Source of the DNA: Epithemia pelagica
Taxonomy: Eukaryota > Protista > Bacillariophyta
Length of the DNA: 64,000 nucleotides
NCBI GenBank assembly: GCA_946965045.2
Contig: OX337241.1
Span: 2,356,001-2,420,000, forward strand
Direction of reading: 5' to 3'
Every line of letters begins with the position of its first letter. The stretch's first letter is position 1. Under the pieces are notes generated by a model. That model was not told where the DNA came from. It did no database searches and saw only the letters and a list, made by a program, of their open reading frames with translations. This document shows, in pieces, positions 54,626 to 64,000 of the stretch. A program made the position numbers and the translations under genes.

Positions 54626-55180
54626 CTAGAGACGAATGCCGATGAATTTCTTGAAGCGATCACGGCGCGTCTCCACTGTGCCTCCGGCGGCAAGGCCGTA
54701 GAAACCCAGCGCGGCATTCAACGCAGGCCCATTCATGGTGTTCAAAGCTTGAAGAGTGGCAGGAAACTGGGGAAATGGGTTCCCAGTGCCATTATTCAAC
54801 GGAGTAAGTATATCATTTTGATGGACAGCCACGGCGTTGCTTTGACGTGCATTGATATTTACGAGTTGTGCATTGATATTTACGAGTTGTGCATTGATAG
54901 GAGCCAAGCCAGCAGCCAACGCAGGACCAAACCAAGCAGGGGCTCCTCCCCCCGCCACAACGCCTGTGGCAGCAGCAGTGCAACGTGCTTGGAACGCTTC
55001 GTGATCCCCGTACTCTGCTTCCGTGATGGAACCATTTTGAAATAGGCCCTCCGCTATTTTCTTGCGCTTTGCAGACCGAGTGACGCGGACATTGGCAGGC
55101 CCAGCTGCGCCAACGTCGACAACTAAATCGAGAGCCGCTTGAGCACTAGCGTTTGCAACTGCAGGTGGATTGAACGCCAT
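54626..55180 (-). CDS. Mug135-like protein, copy C
   Basis: Same translation as copy B. Confidence 0.5.
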   Translation of the reverse strand: MAFNPPAVANASAQAALDLVVDVGAAGPANVRVTRSAKRKKIAEGLFQNGSITEAEYGDHEAFQARCTAAATGVVAGGGAPAWFGPALAAGLAPINAQLVNINAQLVNINARQSNAVAVHQNDILTPLNNGTGNPFPQFPATLQALNTMNGPALNAALGFYGLAAGGTVETRRDRFKKFIGIRL

Positions 55181-55839
55181 GGTATGGTAATGACAAAATG
55201 ACATCGAGTTCACGAAAAACTTTTCGCGCGGATGCTTGTCTGTCGTGCGTACGTCGTGACGCGGCAGGAGTTCGGGAGCAGATGTTCGGACATCAGATGG
55301 ACGAGCACGCGCGGAGCGCGCACACGGCCACGGCCAGCGCGCAACTGTGGATGGAGCTGGGAAGCAGAACATCGGCATCAGAGTCGAGCTCACAATTTTG
55401 GGATAGTGAGTAGAGACTTCGAAATCTGCCATCTCAAGTGGAGGACATCAAACTAGATAGTTCTAAGGATTCAAAAACTGTTTGCTACGATGACTGTTTC
55501 GACTAATCCTTTCTTTGAGGACGACGACTTCTTCTTCCCGCCTCCGGACCCGCCTCAACAGGATCCTTTGATGGGTTTGAAAGGTCCTCCCCCTTCCAAC
55601 GGGACTGCTTCTGACATTCCTGTTGTCTCCCAACTTTCCCAAGGAAATGATACCCATGCTGGTGTTTCGGAAACCGAAGTGGTCGACCTATGCTCGGTAG
55701 ATGGTGACGGGCCCGGCGTGCGGGCCCGTCCCAAATTCGACTCGGTGATGAAAGAATCGCTGCGACGCTTGTGCATATGGAAGGTTTTGCAAGAACAACA
55801 TGAGCGAGAGCAACAACAACAACAACAACAAGATTATCA

Positions 55840-56976
55840 TGGTCTGCTGCTGCTCCGCAGAACGTCGTGATGATGAAAGGGACACGGTAGAGGGGGTATC
55901 GTCGATAGTCTCGTTGTTCCGTTCCGACTCTTCCCACATGCGTGCCGTTTCTTTATCATGAGGAGGACGAGGAGGAGACGCTGGGAGTGGCATGGCAGCC
56001 AGTCCTCCCGACGGACTGAGTTGAAGCACCACTCCCGGTTTGGTCGTCAAGTCCATTTCGTCATCGTCGTGGTTGTTCCAACAGGGTGATGGTTGCTCTA
56101 GTACTCGAATGGAAGGACCATCATTACTGGACAAGGACGATTCATCGCCGCAGTCGCAATACAAAAACACGCCATGATGGTTCGTCGTCTTTTTGGGTGG
56201 ACTGTACTCATTCACTGATTCTTCCCCTCCCACCGGTTGTGGGCCATGGGGAAGGAGGAATCTTCGTGGTTCGACACTCCCCAAATCGACATCTTCTGCA
56301 TTGTCACCACTTGGTTGGGGAAAAACCGTTGGAAATTGGGGAAAGGATCCGTTTCGATGGTCTCGCCAGGAACGCAACTTCTTGGCCAATCTTGTTGTTG
56401 TTGGCGTTCTCCTCCTCCTGGGAGGAACCCCCCGTCGTCGTGTCGTAGTAGTATGGTGTGGCCATTTGTGTCCTTCTTGTTGTTGATGTTGGGGACGACC
56501 CGGACGACGATTACGACTACGACGACCGCTGGTCTCGTGGTTCTTCTGGCTCGGATAATGTGGGGTTGGATGGACACGGCGGCTGTGGCTGTGGCATCCA
56601 TCACCGAGTGGTGTTGTTGGAGCAAGAGTTGTACCACTTCCACGGGTGGATCCAAGGCACAGACCAAATGCAAAGGCATGACAGTCAACTCCAAATCGAC
56701 ACCCTCCGAAAGGGCAATGCAAACTTCCATGGCCAGTTCTTCTGGATACCGATGTACACGAATCAAGACACGTTGCCAATCCTGACGCAAAATCAAGGCC
56801 CACAGCGGTGAAGAAGAAGAAGAAGAAGAGGACCGAAGAAGCGGACATGTCGTCGTCATGGTTCGAGTGGAGAATGGGTTTCTCTTCCAGACAACATGTT
56901 CCGGAACGCAAGACTTATTGAGGGGAGGATCAAAGGGTCGTGCTGGCAATGGAGGCACTGCCAATTGGTTTCCCAT
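55840..56976 (-). pseudogene. Ankyrin-like 5' half, frameshifted copy 2
   Basis: Duplicate of 49937-51073. Confidence 0.8.
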
Positions 56977-58335
56977 GCTGGTGTGTGTGTCCACGATATT
57001 GGTACCTTGTTGCTCGTTCTAGAATACTGGTGAAACCGAAAAAAATAAGAGCCACGATCAGTGTGCGCAAGTTTTGGTTGGTGGTGGGAATGGTGGAACC
57101 TGGATGCTTTTCCTGGAGGCCTCTCCCACCAAACCACTCCGTGTGTGTGTCTTGCACATTGGAATCCACAACCACCACCACATGGATCTCTCTCTCTCTC
57201 TCTCTTGGTTACAGAACGCTCCACCAGAATCAGGCATGTTCCTTGGTAGAGTGTTGGAATTTGTCCGCACCTCTATGGAAAAAGGTCCTGAAGGAAAGGA
57301 TCCTTCCGTACACCGTTGACCCGCCACAAACACTGGTTCCCGCCTCGTAGGAATGGAACTACCAATCCCATCTACTCGAGGAAGAATCATCCTCCTGTAG
57401 TCCACTCCGCAACAATATCCCTAATAGTTAGCTTTCGGCAGTTCCTGGAAGCTGAGAAACCCTCTACCTACCTAGTAGTTCGAGATTGTTGGAACCCAGC
57501 CAGCATGACAAGTGGCCTTGGACGAGACAGTAGAATGGAATAATAACGACTACTGGTGGATCATCTGCCCATCCATCTCGCGTCCAAAGCTCTTGTATGG
57601 GCAGGGTGACTTTTAGGTTCAACATTGTCCCCTTTGGCCATTCTGGGAGAATGTTTGAACCCTGTAATGAAGAGAGAGCCCTTTTATGATCGCGATCCTT
57701 GCACTCCAGCTAGGAGTGCGATCATAAAAGCGCTCTCCCTTCATCACGGTCTGGAAGGCAGTAGATGAGTCCGACACTGGGACCCGTCCAATCGACGTTG
57801 CGATGCCTTGATTTGTAGGGAGAATTTTGCCGCCGAACGGAAATCTCTCATGACCACCGCAGAGCCTTTTTTGTTCTTCCAATTCTGGTAATTTCTCTTG
57901 CAGGTCTTCCTTGGCAGTGCTTTGTTGTTGTTCTTGTTGTTGTTTGGCCATGCTTCTTTTTTGAGCCTCGAGGACGGTGCAACTCCTTCCATATGATTGG
58001 TATCTGTGGCCGTCGGTTGCATGCCTTCAACTTTTGGCTCCATGTGCTGCGTCTCGTGATTTGTGTCATGTTGGAACTCTGGGAACAAGCGAAACAAGAG
58101 CTTCAACAGAATCATCTTTGTAATCTTCCCGACTCTTGGTCCTCCTTCTCGTCGCTATGGTCTACGGCCACGTTCTTATTGTATCAATCCCATGCACTGA
58201 ATTTGGTACAAAATTACAAGGATGTGAGTCGTTAGTACCTGGAAGCTGAGAAACTCTCTACACCTACCTAGTAGTTCGAGATTGTTGGAACCGCCAGTAC
58301 AGGGCTCCAAGAAGAACAGACGCATGACAGTGGCC

Positions 58336-58584
58336 TTGGACGAGACAGCAGAATGGAATGCTAACGACTGCTGTTGGATCATCCACCAGTCGTTCGTATA
58401 CCATTCTGCTGTCTCGTCCAAAAAGGACACAAGGACCGATTGCCATGCTTTTGTTCTTGCAGTCTTTATCATGGACATAGAGGTAGTCATGACAGTCCGG
58501 CCTTGGACGAGACAGAAGAATGGTATACGAACGACTGGTGGATCATCCACCAGTCGTTCGTATACCATTCTGCAATCTCGTCCA
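58336..58584. repeat. Second copy of the kelch-derived palindrome pair
   Basis: Duplicate of 52433-52681 at +5903. Confidence 0.9.
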
Positions 58585-59042
58585 GAAAGGACACTAATCC
58601 CGACTGCCATGCTTGTTCGTGCAGTCTTTATCATGGACATCGAGGAAGTTGTTTGGAGGGTGTGGAGTAGCGTGGAGGCCGCTTGTTGATGATCGATCAT
58701 TGTCTGACAGAGTCTCTTGCTGCTGTATGGTCGTTGATGGCAGTCCCAGGAAAAGGGTTCAATCCCTAATACTTAGTATCCCAAGAAGATTTCAGTTTTT
58801 CAGAGCTCAATCATCTCTTTAAGTCGTAGCGTTAGGGCGTGTAGTGGAACCGACGCACATATGCGAAGGGCGATGGCGGCGCAGCGACACACATCCATTA
58901 CAGCAACAGGTTTTGTTGTGTGTGCATACAAGCTGTCGTTGTTGTTGTTCCTGTGTGAGCAAAGAAGTGTATTGCTTGTGTCATCCGTTTGGACAAGAAA
59001 GGAACGTATTTTTTTTCTGGACAGTGAGAAGCGTACAACAAC

Positions 59043-59489
59043 ATGTTTTCGACGAGATCCTCTTTGCTCCTCCGGTCCCTTGGTCGGACACCTCCCACGA
59101 CGACACTGGGTCGCGTCCGTCACATGGGCGGCGGCAAAATGCCCGTACCACAATCCATGAAGGCCAAACTGTGGGGTGGTGTGACGGAACGAGAAGGATG
59201 GGAAGATAGTTTTTACGTGACATCGGCCTTGGCCTGTTTGGGCTTTTACTTGTATTTTTTCATGACCCCCGACACCAATATTCAATCCTGGGCCCGCAAC
59301 GAAGCCGCAGCTCGATTGCGTCTCAAGGAAGAACATGGGTTCACTGATTTTAAATTTGGAACGCATTATCAAGACAAGTTGCTGGATAGCCGTAGAACGG
59401 AGTGGGATGATTTGGGCAGCAAATTTGATCCCTTCAAGGAGGAAGACGACGATGACGACGAAGATGATGAAGAAGAAGATGACGAATAA
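59043..59489 (+). CDS. NDUFB11: Mitochondrial complex I ESSS subunit, copy 2
   Basis: Same translation as 53140-53586. Confidence 0.75.
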   Translation: MFSTRSSLLLRSLGRTPPTTTLGRVRHMGGGKMPVPQSMKAKLWGGVTEREGWEDSFYVTSALACLGFYLYFFMTPDTNIQSWARNEAAARLRLKEEHGFTDFKFGTHYQDKLLDSRRTEWDDLGSKFDPFKEEDDDDDEDDEEEDDE

Positions 59490-59731
59490 ACTATTCTCAT
59501 TAAATTATTTGTAAGAAAGGAATCGTTGAAATCACATTGTAATCTGTAACTCGAATAGGCATCATGGTTCAAGTGGGTTTTCTCTTCTCCGCGTCTTCAA
59601 TGAAAAAGCAAGGGACAAGATATGTTACTCGGGGTAGCTAGCGGTAGCTGATGTGGGTAGCTTTTTGCATGTCAACTTTGGTCGCAGTTCGGTGCCGAGA
59701 GATCCTTCTCGCAGAATCTTATAAGGTTACC

Positions 59732-61066
59732 ATGATGGCCATGGCACCGCCGTCGTCCAGAAGGAGAACGCAGTTGTGGATCGACAGGACTCGAATGTTT
59801 GTGACAGTCCTTACATGGTGGTCTTATTGGTTGCTCTTCCTGGACCAAAGCCATGGATTTTTGTCACCAAGAATCACTTCGTTCCAACAACAGCATCCGC
59901 AGGACGTCGGGCGATGGCAACCAGCGTCTAGTGGCATAGGTTGTGCTTGTTGTAGAAATGGCGGTCGTCCAGTCCTCCGAGTGTCTTCCTTGCAGGCAAC
60001 TGGTTCTGGTTCTTTTGTGGACCATCAGGAGTCGTCGGAAGGATTGTATCGTCGGTTTGCCACGGTCGCATGGAACAAACTCTTGGACACGGGTTGGTTG
60101 GTACAAGAAATGGCCAACAACAACGACACGGACAAAGAATCCACAGGACTGGATTCGGAAGAAACTGCCTCGGATTCCTCCTCCTCCTCCGTGACTCGTA
60201 CCTTTGAGCGATTGCACGTTCAACAAGCACCCGCCAAGGGAATGCCACCCGGTAGTACGGTCCAGATTGAAATTCGTGCCCTTCGACCGTCGAGACCCGA
60301 CGTTCCTGTGCAATATGCCCGCTTGGCCTTGCTGGAAACCCTCGTGCCCTCCAATTCAACAACACCAACAACAACAACCAGGATTCAAAGCCAGGGCATT
60401 CAAGTCTTGAATTTGGTCGTCTTTCCCTCTCCCCACCCTCAGGCACACCCACAACAAGAACAACCGTTTCCCGTCTGGGGTGCCGATTTTGTCAGCTTGC
60501 CGGGGGGCAAACACTTGTTCTTGTTGGATGCCCAACCCATGGGGCCCAATTGTACCTGGTACGAATGGTGGAAGGACTGGCAGGAGCAGAGAATCATGGA
60601 CTCGGAGGAATCATGGAATGTATTTTCCATGTGGGGAGGACCTCTTCCACCAGCCGTTCAACGCTTTGTTTCTCCCCATGCCTTGTGGACACGCTTGGTC
60701 GAAGGAGAATCCATCCCACCACAAAATGACGACCAACCAGAACAAGAAGAACAAGTCTTGGACAATGATCGAGTCAAGGACTTGGTTCAAAACCAACTCT
60801 TGTCCCTCTACGAACAACACTTGGATGTCTACCTCAATCTCTTGTCGTCCTCGTCCTCCATGCCCGAACCACCCACCAGTGACAACGACGACAACGACGA
60901 CGATAACAACAACAGCAATTGGTTTGATGAGTACTTGTCGTATCGATTGGAGAATGATCCGGCTCGACCCATGCTCAAATCTCTCTATGGAGCCGAATGG
61001 ACGGAGCAAATTCTGGAACAAGTCTTGTTTCCCAGTTGGCTCCGACGAGGGACTCCTCCTTCCTGA
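59732..61066 (+). CDS. pebB: Ferredoxin-dependent bilin reductase, PebB/HY2-like, probably plastid-targeted
   Basis: WGADFVSLPGGKHLFLLDAQP and YLSYRLENDPARPMLKSLYGAEWTEQ motifs. The signal peptide ends SHG-FLSP (ASAFAP-like). Confidence 0.65.
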   Translation: MMAMAPPSSRRRTQLWIDRTRMFVTVLTWWSYWLLFLDQSHGFLSPRITSFQQQHPQDVGRWQPASSGIGCACCRNGGRPVLRVSSLQATGSGSFVDHQESSEGLYRRFATVAWNKLLDTGWLVQEMANNNDTDKESTGLDSEETASDSSSSSVTRTFERLHVQQAPAKGMPPGSTVQIEIRALRPSRPDVPVQYARLALLETLVPSNSTTPTTTTRIQSQGIQVLNLVVFPSPHPQAHPQQEQPFPVWGADFVSLPGGKHLFLLDAQPMGPNCTWYEWWKDWQEQRIMDSEESWNVFSMWGGPLPPAVQRFVSPHALWTRLVEGESIPPQNDDQPEQEEQVLDNDRVKDLVQNQLLSLYEQHLDVYLNLLSSSSSMPEPPTSDNDDNDDDNNNSNWFDEYLSYRLENDPARPMLKSLYGAEWTEQILEQVLFPSWLRRGTPPS

Positions 61067-62302
61067 GTATTCGTTCCTGAGTATTCGTTCGTGTTGTTGC
61101 TGCTGCTGTTTTGGAAGGATTGCTGTGTGATTACTTCCGTGGTGTCCTGTTGTTTCCGTCATGGTGGTTTGCCGTGACGCCCTTCCAATTGGATTTTCTA
61201 GGGTATTGTTTCAGACCCAGAAGCTACTACTACTCTAGAGAGAGAGCTGAAACACCCTTGACTGTGATGTGACATTCCACCATGGAGCAAAGTAAACTAC
61301 CTACCTAGTAACACTGTCGTGAGTTTGACTCCGCTCTCACGTGAGCATAATGATGATTAGGAGTAAGTCACTCGGTTCGATACAGAATTTAGAGAAACAG
61401 AATAGAGTGTATGAGAAATATATATTCTGTACTGTGAATCGAAGGTTAACTTCAATTCCGTGTGGTATTCCTTTCTTGCACGAGTTCCTAGGGTGCTCGA
61501 CCCAAGGCGTTGCAGATTCCTCCGTCCGAGCCGCAGATATGAAACGTTTCATGGAGAGCGCCACTCGCCGTTGGCGCTGCAGGGTGAATGACAAAAGGAT
61601 TCCGAATGAACAAGGCCAAAATGTTCCTTGCGAGACGAACACAATACAGTCGCAATGGATGAAACGATCCGTATGGACACCAACAAGGTCTGACAGTATC
61701 GCAACGCCAAACCAGAGAAGGCAAGCCACATGTTCAAACTGCAACCATGGTACGTTGGAGTCTTTCAGGATCCAGATTGTATCATAAAAAATGGACCCAC
61801 ACCATTGGCAACGACCAAACCACAGCCGTCACAGCAAGCCTTGAATCCTGCAAAACAAAACATGGTGTGTCTCTCAAAACGAGTTGTTGTGTTGGACCAC
61901 CGTATTACCGGCGCCATGAAATGAATCTTGGACGGAGCCCATGGATTCCGTTGAGTCGGCGGATGGCACTCGGGAGGAATGCGCCGTCGTGTGTTCCGGA
62001 TGGGTGTTCTCGATCGTGGAAGGTTGTTGGTGCTTGGGATTGGATTTCAGAAGGCCCATGCTTTCGGCTCGAACTTGTCCCAATCGACGTGCCAAGGACG
62101 ACATGAGAACCGGTCTCTTGGTATTGTTGTTGTTGTTGTTATGGGTGGCTGGATTCGTCGCATGGTGATGATTCGTCGTACCACAAAGAGTTTCGTGCGT
62201 TCCACTTCTGGTGGATAGAGGCGTGAGAGATTGCAGTTCCTTTTGGTTGTGCTGGTTGTCACCACCACCACCACCAAGGCGTTCCTCTTCTTCTTCTTCT
62301 TC

Positions 62303-63670
62303 TTATTCTTCTTGCAACAGTTCTTCCAAGGAACGTTCGGCATGTTCCAGTCGTCGTGGTTCCACACTGCTGTCTCCTCCTCGTGCTCCTCCTTCGTCCT
62401 GCAGTGATTCCTCCTCCTCGGGTGTGGACTGTTGTTGTTGTTGGTGATGTCGCGCAAAGCGCTTTTTGTGCGGTCGTCGGTGAAACAAGGGCGAGGAGGA
62501 GTCTCCTGTCTCCTCATCTTGTTGTTGTTGCGGTCGTCGTTCGGCCAGCCACGCCAATTGGTCAAAAAAGTAGGTCGCTTGTTGGGTTTCGGGCAAGACG
62601 GCCGATCGAGCGTCCAATCCTTGGTCCTTGCATTCGCTCACGAGCAATTGATTCAAGTGGAGTTGCAATCGGGATTGCACGAGGGGTGGTACCACGACCC
62701 GTTCAACCAGGCCTTGTCCATCCATACCCACCACCCAACACCAAAATTCGGCCACACCCAAACACACGACACCCACCAATTGCAAGACGAACCACACACG
62801 AACGGAGGAGGAATCCACGGACAGCGAGGTGGCATCAGACATGTGGTTGCTGTTGTTGTTGTTGTTGCGGTGAGACTGTGAGGCATCCTCAGTGTTGCTA
62901 CTGTTCTCGTTGGTGTGGTTCTTGTCTGTCAATGTTTCCATCAGTCGAGGCACATGGACGCGACACAGCTCGAGTTCCAAGACAAGGTAGGGTCCTTGAT
63001 GAAAGACCACGTGCACGTCCAAGTCCAATCCTTTGGACTGTCCCTTGGTTTGAATCTTGTGCGGCAAGCTGGTCGCCAATACCTTGGCCACCTTGTCGGG
63101 CGTCACGAATCGTTTGGCCACAAAATGGGCCGCCAATCGAACCGGTCGAGGCATGTTCTTGCGTTCGTCCAAGTGTTGTGCCACCACGCCACTGGGATCC
63201 AACACAACCAAATTCACATACAAGAGACGACGGGGTCGATTCGTCGAGTGGCGGCGTCGAGCAAGAGTAGCCTTGTGGTGGGTCGAGTCGGGAGATATCG
63301 TTGTCGGAACAGACTCGGCGAGAGTCGTCGTACTCTTTGTTGCTGCTGCTGTGGTGGTTGAATCCATCTTCTCGACCAGGAGGGCACTCATGGCGGTGCC
63401 CGCCGAAGCGACGGACGACGATTCGTCTTGGTCGTCCTCGTTGGAACCGTGATTCCACGACACGGCAGCCGCATCGGCCGAAGCCGTGCGGTTCCGCAAC
63501 CGCAAGGAACGACCCAAGGCCGTGGCCATGACGACGGGAGAAAACTGAGTGGTTGTTGAAGTTGTGGTTGGTTCGACGGCTGGACCCACGACACGACGAG
63601 GATGACGACGTGTCGGTGTCAGAGTGGTGGCAGTCGTCCTCGTGGTTGGTCCTGGTCGATGATTCTCCAT
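62303..63670 (-). CDS. Hypothetical protein (~455 aa)
   Basis: Long ORF with a globular core (LYVNLVVLDP...VFHQGPYLVLEL) between low-complexity ends. First ATG at 63670. Confidence 0.55.
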   Translation of the reverse strand: MENHRPGPTTRTTATTLTPTRRHPRRVVGPAVEPTTTSTTTQFSPVVMATALGRSLRLRNRTASADAAAVSWNHGSNEDDQDESSSVASAGTAMSALLVEKMDSTTTAAATKSTTTLAESVPTTISPDSTHHKATLARRRHSTNRPRRLLYVNLVVLDPSGVVAQHLDERKNMPRPVRLAAHFVAKRFVTPDKVAKVLATSLPHKIQTKGQSKGLDLDVHVVFHQGPYLVLELELCRVHVPRLMETLTDKNHTNENSSNTEDASQSHRNNNNNSNHMSDATSLSVDSSSVRVWFVLQLVGVVCLGVAEFWCWVVGMDGQGLVERVVVPPLVQSRLQLHLNQLLVSECKDQGLDARSAVLPETQQATYFFDQLAWLAERRPQQQQDEETGDSSSPLFHRRPHKKRFARHHQQQQQSTPEEEESLQDEGGARGGDSSVEPRRLEHAERSLEELLQEE

Positions 63671-64000
63671 ACTGTACAAGTGCCTCTTGGATGGGTCGTT
63701 CGGGGAGGGCGGCTTTTCTAGAGACCCGAACAACGAGAGACAGAGAGTGAGAGCGAGAGAATCGGGTGCAGCGTGTCAAGATTCTCGTTGTTGCCCAGTC
63801 GCGTTCTCTCGGTTCGACCCCCGCCGAATGCGAATGATCCTCGCTTTTGTCTCTCTCGAATTCGACAATGTTACAAAAGTTCCTTTTTTGGGTGGGTTTG
63901 TTCTCGTTGTTGTTGTTGGCGATGACTCAATGTACATCAAAGTTTAAGCGGGATCAAGAAGCGGGATTGGACCACGTCACGGAGCCTGCGCATTGATTGT

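Larger units (their letters stand above)
48693..59570. repeat. Near-identical tandem duplication with 5903-bp period (~48693-53667 versus ~54596-59570)
   Basis: ORFs recur at exactly +5903 (48723/54626, 53140/59043). At least one SNP (50493/56406 region). Confidence 0.9.

Noticed and set aside
61200-62300. Short ORFs and a possible LTR-like remnant downstream of the bilin reductase
   Set aside because: No second copy, terminal motif or protein motif to support a call.

Overview
Eukaryotic DNA, most likely a pennate diatom. This is inferred from short GT-AG introns, a CoDi-type Copia element and a bipartite plastid-targeting leader. The window is heavily rearranged and rich in mobile elements. 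(1) At 1-2400 an ~813-bp inversion has swapped the 3' ends of a GT92-type glycosyltransferase gene and a convergent kelch gene. (2) At ~2500-8200 lies a 7-exon tyrosine-recombinase (Crypton-like) gene. It is flanked on the left by a 210-nt rod-like fold-back with nine repeated purine-rich loops, and on the right by a hairpin cluster that can base-pair with the left end. (3) An ODC-fold pseudo-enzyme and an ankyrin-like gene follow. The ankyrin-like gene is split by a 27.5-kb insertion with no target-site duplication. (4) Inside that insertion is a Ty1/copia element (12956-37707) with 461-bp LTRs, a 6-bp TSD, a PBS matching the tRNA-iMet D-arm and a UGA-CAACCA gag-pol readthrough signal. (5) The Copia integrase region is itself interrupted by an 18,462-bp Plavaka/CMC-type DNA transposon (16785-35246) with five apparently intact genes, one encoding a ~2150-aa double-RING protein that ends in a TET/JBP-like dioxygenase domain. 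(6) From ~39000 to 61000 there is a mosaic of segmental duplications: Mug135-like ORF x3, ankyrin halves, a second ODC-like gene, kelch-derived palindromes, NDUFB11 x2 and a PebB-like bilin reductase. All domain calls are by eye from motifs; no database search was run.
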